Below are positions 17,162 to 20,000 of a stretch of 20,000 bases of DNA, piece after piece. The translations under genes and the position numbers were made by a program. Under the pieces are notes generated by a model. That model made no database searches. It was given only the letters and a program-made list of their open reading frames with translations, and was not told where the DNA came from. The stretch's first letter is position 1. Each line of letters opens with the position of its first letter. The DNA is from an uncultured virus (IMG/VR IMGVR_UViG_3300031414_000017) (Duplodnaviria; Heunggongvirae; Uroviricota; Caudoviricetes), in IMG/VR virus record IMGVR_UViG_3300031414_000017; one strand, given 5' to 3'.

Positions 17162-17674
17162 TTAGCTGTTAAAGCCGTCCAAGTCTCCGTTAGTACCGGA
17201 GAGATCAGTTTTGGCTTTGGCGATAGTCCATTTCACAGCTTCACCAGGCAGGAACTTCATGTGGCCTGCATTGATGGTAACAGTAACGTCCGTTTTAGTG
17301 TTATCGTCAGCATTCGCTGCAGAGGCAACAGTGATGTCACCTGCGGCAAACACATCGTCCGCGTGGGTCTGCTGAACCAGCGTGTTGAAATGCGCAAGCA
17401 CCTCAGCATCGGTGTCCCAGTTTGCCACGTCATCATCAACGCTCACCGCACCCAGTGCCAGTGCCAGACGGTTGTACGTCAGGGCTTTGGAACCGGAGAA
17501 GTTGATGGAAGCGGCTTTTGCAGTGATGGTCAGCGTAGAGTTTTTCTCTGCACCTTCCGCACCCGCAGCAACTGCACCAAAGTCCACATCCGCAACAGCC
17601 AATGGGGTAGCAAGACCAGTGTTCGCAGCGTTAAACAGCTCGACCAACTGCTCCTGTGGGGTTTTAGTAGCCAT
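17162..17674 (-). CDS. Stand-alone N-module paralog of the virion array family (170 aa)
   Basis: AAGGGAAAAGAG upstream; motifs L..FNAAN, NSTLTITA, FSG...TYNRL; ends DLSGTNGDLDGF like the A/A' genes; followed by a terminator. Confidence 0.85.
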   Translation of the reverse strand: MATKTPQEQLVELFNAANTGLATPLAVADVDFGAVAAGAEGAEKNSTLTITAKAASINFSGSKALTYNRLALALGAVSVDDDVANWDTDAEVLAHFNTLVQQTHADDVFAAGDITVASAANADDNTKTDVTVTINAGHMKFLPGEAVKWTIAKAKTDLSGTNGDLDGFNS

Positions 17675-17810
17675 CTCTTTTCCCTTTTATAAAGTTGACA
17701 ACGGTTGTCATAAAAAAGCCCAGTGGGTCAAAATAACACAAGGCCCACTATAGTATGACCCGTATTTCCCGGGCAAAAAATAATTGAAAAGTTCACCAGA
17801 GGATAGACTC

Positions 17811-18347
17811 ATGTTACGTCTTATTGCGGCATTCTGCGTTGCAATGTTGTTAGGGGGTTGCGCGCTTACCACAACCAATGGCCAGTTCTCGACGGTGCCT
17901 GTCGCCCCAACTGACTTTGTAACTTACACCTGTACCGGTGCTCAGGAGACGTTTGTCAACTGGCGACCTGATGCGGCCCAAGTTAAACTTTATCCTATCG
18001 CCGTCACGGTTATCGATAACGGCAGTAACTGGGTTGCGACCTTCCCGAATGGCAAGGTGGAATCCCCGCAACTTTATAAAGACCTGCTCGGCAAAGTCGA
18101 TGGCAGCGTAGACCTGATTAACGGTGTACGTTATTACCGGCTGAACACGACCCCGCCCACCTACTCGTATTCAAATGTTGACATGAGCGGTAATGGGTCG
18201 GGAGCCACCTTCTTCCGCTGTCAGGTAGGTACCGGTGACGCTGCTACTGCTGCTGCAACCCCTGCTTCTTCTCTTACTCCATCTGATGATGCGCAAGCAC
18301 CCGCGTCGGCCCCTGCTGATGTCGTGACGCCTGCCCCGAGTAAATAA
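17811..18347 (+). CDS. Lipoprotein (signal peptidase II lipobox), Pro/Ala-rich tail
   Basis: Start moved to ATG 17811 (GAGGA SD). MLRLIAAFCVAMLLGG-C: basic residue, hydrophobic core, LGGC lipobox. Confidence 0.8.
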   Translation: MLRLIAAFCVAMLLGGCALTTTNGQFSTVPVAPTDFVTYTCTGAQETFVNWRPDAAQVKLYPIAVTVIDNGSNWVATFPNGKVESPQLYKDLLGKVDGSVDLINGVRYYRLNTTPPTYSYSNVDMSGNGSGATFFRCQVGTGDAATAAATPASSLTPSDDAQAPASAPADVVTPAPSK

Positions 18348-18351
18348 AACA

Positions 18352-18389
18352 GTACCCCACTCTTTTGGAGTGGGGTACCTCTTCTTTTT
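18352..18389. terminator. Intrinsic terminator between convergent genes
   Basis: GTACCCCACTC-TTTTG-GAGTGGGGTAC then CTCTTCTTTTT; A-rich 5' flank. Confidence 0.85.
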
Positions 18390-18449
18390 ATTTCATCCTG
18401 CGTGAGACGTCCTGTAAGCCATCCTAAGCGACGTCGCCCACAAACCGTA

Positions 18450-19136
18450 CTACGCGACCGATTCCAGATTATCGTTTTCTACAGCGATTTCTGGGTCGGT
18501 TAAAAAGGCCCGTTTGATGTTACGGTACTTCACGTTGCTGACTTCGCCGGATTCCAGTGCGTGTCGCTCCCCAATCGGTACCGCAGGTTCAATGAACTCG
18601 CGGAAGAAAAGGTAGTTACGCGCATACTCCACCGTGGACTCTTTGAACTCGGTGTAGTGGCAATCGGAGTTGTCATCGTTGTACGCAGACTGCCCAAAGA
18701 GATGGACGGCATCGTAGAACGAACGGGCGAGGGCATCACTGACCCCGGTGGCTTCCATCGTGCGCAGGAACATCAAGTCTGCGAAGTCTTTGTCCACTGC
18801 CCCACTGAGGTGTCCGGCCGGAGTGTCTGGGTAGACCGCATCCGACGGACACTTCTGGTACAGTAAGTCATGCAAACACGCCGCTAATGCCCACGGACCA
18901 TTCGGCTTGAGTACCGACTGCAACATCTCAGGGATGCTGGCCAAATCGGTGACAAAGCCGCGGGGTACCGTGATGTAGAACAGAGCATCAGGTAAGATAC
19001 CGGTGAGTGAAACCATCCGGTCCAAACCCGGTGCATTACGGTAGATTGTGCGTAGCGTAAACGGGTAGTGGAAATCCTGCGTCAGGATAAACCATTTCCC
19101 CTCCAAGACTTTATAAGTGAAATCCATCGGGCTCAT
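18450..19136 (-). CDS. DUF1353-family protein
   Basis: Family motifs ITVPRGFVTDLASIP, AACLHDLLY, ADLMF...M..GV, Y.AV.LFG; AAGGTG SD. Confidence 0.85.
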   Translation of the reverse strand: MSPMDFTYKVLEGKWFILTQDFHYPFTLRTIYRNAPGLDRMVSLTGILPDALFYITVPRGFVTDLASIPEMLQSVLKPNGPWALAACLHDLLYQKCPSDAVYPDTPAGHLSGAVDKDFADLMFLRTMEATGVSDALARSFYDAVHLFGQSAYNDDNSDCHYTEFKESTVEYARNYLFFREFIEPAVPIGERHALESGEVSNVKYRNIKRAFLTDPEIAVENDNLESVA

Positions 19137-19246
19137 TGTTTCACCTTACCGAACAAACGGCTGATGAATAACACCAAAGCGACTGCGCCCAATCCTTGTT
19201 GAATTACCGCAGGTTTTTCTTGTACAGCAGCTTCGGTCTTTTGCAT
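19133..19246 (-). CDS. Small hydrophobic protein (37 aa), not in the ORF track
   Basis: Hand translation MQKTEAAVQEKPAVIQQGLGAVALVLFISRLFGKVKQ*. GGGGAG SD directly after the lysin stop; its TGA overlaps the DUF1353 start (ATGA). Confidence 0.75.
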   Translation of the reverse strand: MQKTEAAVQEKPAVIQQGLGAVALVLFISRLFGKVKQ

Positions 19247-19256
19247 GATTGCTCCC

Positions 19257-19841
19257 CTAGCCAAACAAGGCTTTCGCGTAAGTACGCATTTCACCCCAGA
19301 TACGACCCAACCAACCGTAGGTGAACGTCTCGTTCGCTTTACGCTTCTCAGAGATATCCACGTAGTGGTAGGTCTGCATGCCGGTTAAACCCATCATCAA
19401 GTAGTTCATGCCTTCAGCACCACGCTTGGCGAAGAATGCTTTCAAGGCGGTCAGGGTTTTAGGACCCATACCTTTGTCAACCACGATATCCGCGTAATGG
19501 GTTTCTTGGTTGTTCAACACGTTCAGAAGACGTTGCAGAGATTCCACAGCGTTTGCACGACCGGCATTGATAGCATAGTCGAACAGACGGTCAGCCAGAA
19601 GCGGATTGATGGCGAGGATGTCATCCAGATAAAGCTTGTTCCACCAAAGCTTAACATAGATGTCCAGCGCCGTTGACTGTGGCATAGAAACCATTGGGCC
19701 CGTGTAACCATATTCGAGTGCCGTTGCTTTCGTGATACCCCAGATGGTCTCACCACCGAGGTCGTTTTTGTTGTTGACATAACCCGCCTCAATATTCACT
19801 TTTGCACGGATGATGCCTTCCCGACTGAAACGGTCTGCCAT
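19257..19841 (-). CDS. Endolysin, glycoside hydrolase family 108 with C-terminal peptidoglycan-binding domain
   Basis: EAGYVNNKNDLGGETIWGIT (GH108 EGGY.N...D.GG.T..GIT), IY...WW, LFD.AIN.G, LQR.LN, D..MGPKTL, F.YGWL.R; GAGG SD. Confidence 0.92.
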   Translation of the reverse strand: MADRFSREGIIRAKVNIEAGYVNNKNDLGGETIWGITKATALEYGYTGPMVSMPQSTALDIYVKLWWNKLYLDDILAINPLLADRLFDYAINAGRANAVESLQRLLNVLNNQETHYADIVVDKGMGPKTLTALKAFFAKRGAEGMNYLMMGLTGMQTYHYVDISEKRKANETFTYGWLGRIWGEMRTYAKALFG

Positions 19842-19898
19842 TACTCTTTCCTCTTTCTCTTTGTGATTCGCATTGCGCGAAAGGTCATAACAAACCGC

Positions 19899-19933
19899 AA
19901 ATAAAAAGAAGAAAGGGTGCCCCGAAGGGCACC
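19899..19933 (-). terminator. Rho-independent terminator (minus strand)
   Basis: Minus strand reads GGTGCCC-TTCG-GGGCACC followed by CTTTCTTCTTTTTATTT. Confidence 0.9.
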
Positions 19934-19937
19934 ACAG

Positions 19938-20000
19938 TTATTCTACCGACGGATTAAACTCCGCCGCATCGAGCGAGGCGTAATCTCCCTGCTCCGCAAA
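19938..20000 (-). CDS. 3' end of a gene entering from beyond the window (partial)
   Basis: Open frame FAEQGDYASLDAAEFNPSVE* ending in TAA directly before a terminator. Confidence 0.55.
   Translation of the reverse strand, partial: FAEQGDYASLDAAEFNPSVE

Noticed and set aside
17150..17753. Plus-strand ORFs 17150-17692 and 17382-17753
   Set aside because: The minus-strand ORF has the family motifs, an SD and a terminator, so these are shadows.
1..20000. Genome-wide TAG recoding (genetic code 15)
   Set aside because: Genes are long and intact under code 11. TAG ends several genes at positions matching their paralogs' ends (5820, 8530, 17096), with the next gene out of frame or a terminator following.
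1..20000. tRNA, rRNA, CRISPR array, IS or integrase
   Set aside because: Intergenic gaps are short and largely explained by terminators and leaders; no repeat-spacer pattern, cloverleaf or transposase motifs were seen.

Overview
The window looks like part of a jumbo phage genome (phiKZ/SPN3US-related, probably infecting Erwinia/Pantoea-type Enterobacterales); this assignment is inferred from gene content, not from a search. Left end: four tightly coupled hypothetical genes, the last carrying a motif resembling the phiKZ-type terminase N-terminus. Next is a stand-alone AmsF/WceF-like exopolysaccharide-modifying, tailspike-fold gene. About 13 kb (4178-17096) is an array of 13 paralogous putative virion/fibre genes, plus one related gene on the opposite strand. 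The array is ordered in repeating triplets: X-Y-Z-X'-Y'-Z'-Y'' followed by A-B-C-A'-B'-C'. The A/B/C genes carry a divergent domain with C-type-lectin/FGE-like motifs. Right end: a lipoprotein converging on a minus-strand unit of GH108 endolysin, an unlisted 37-aa hydrophobic ORF and a DUF1353 protein. Seven intrinsic terminators delimit the transcription units. No RNA genes, CRISPR arrays or mobile elements were seen.
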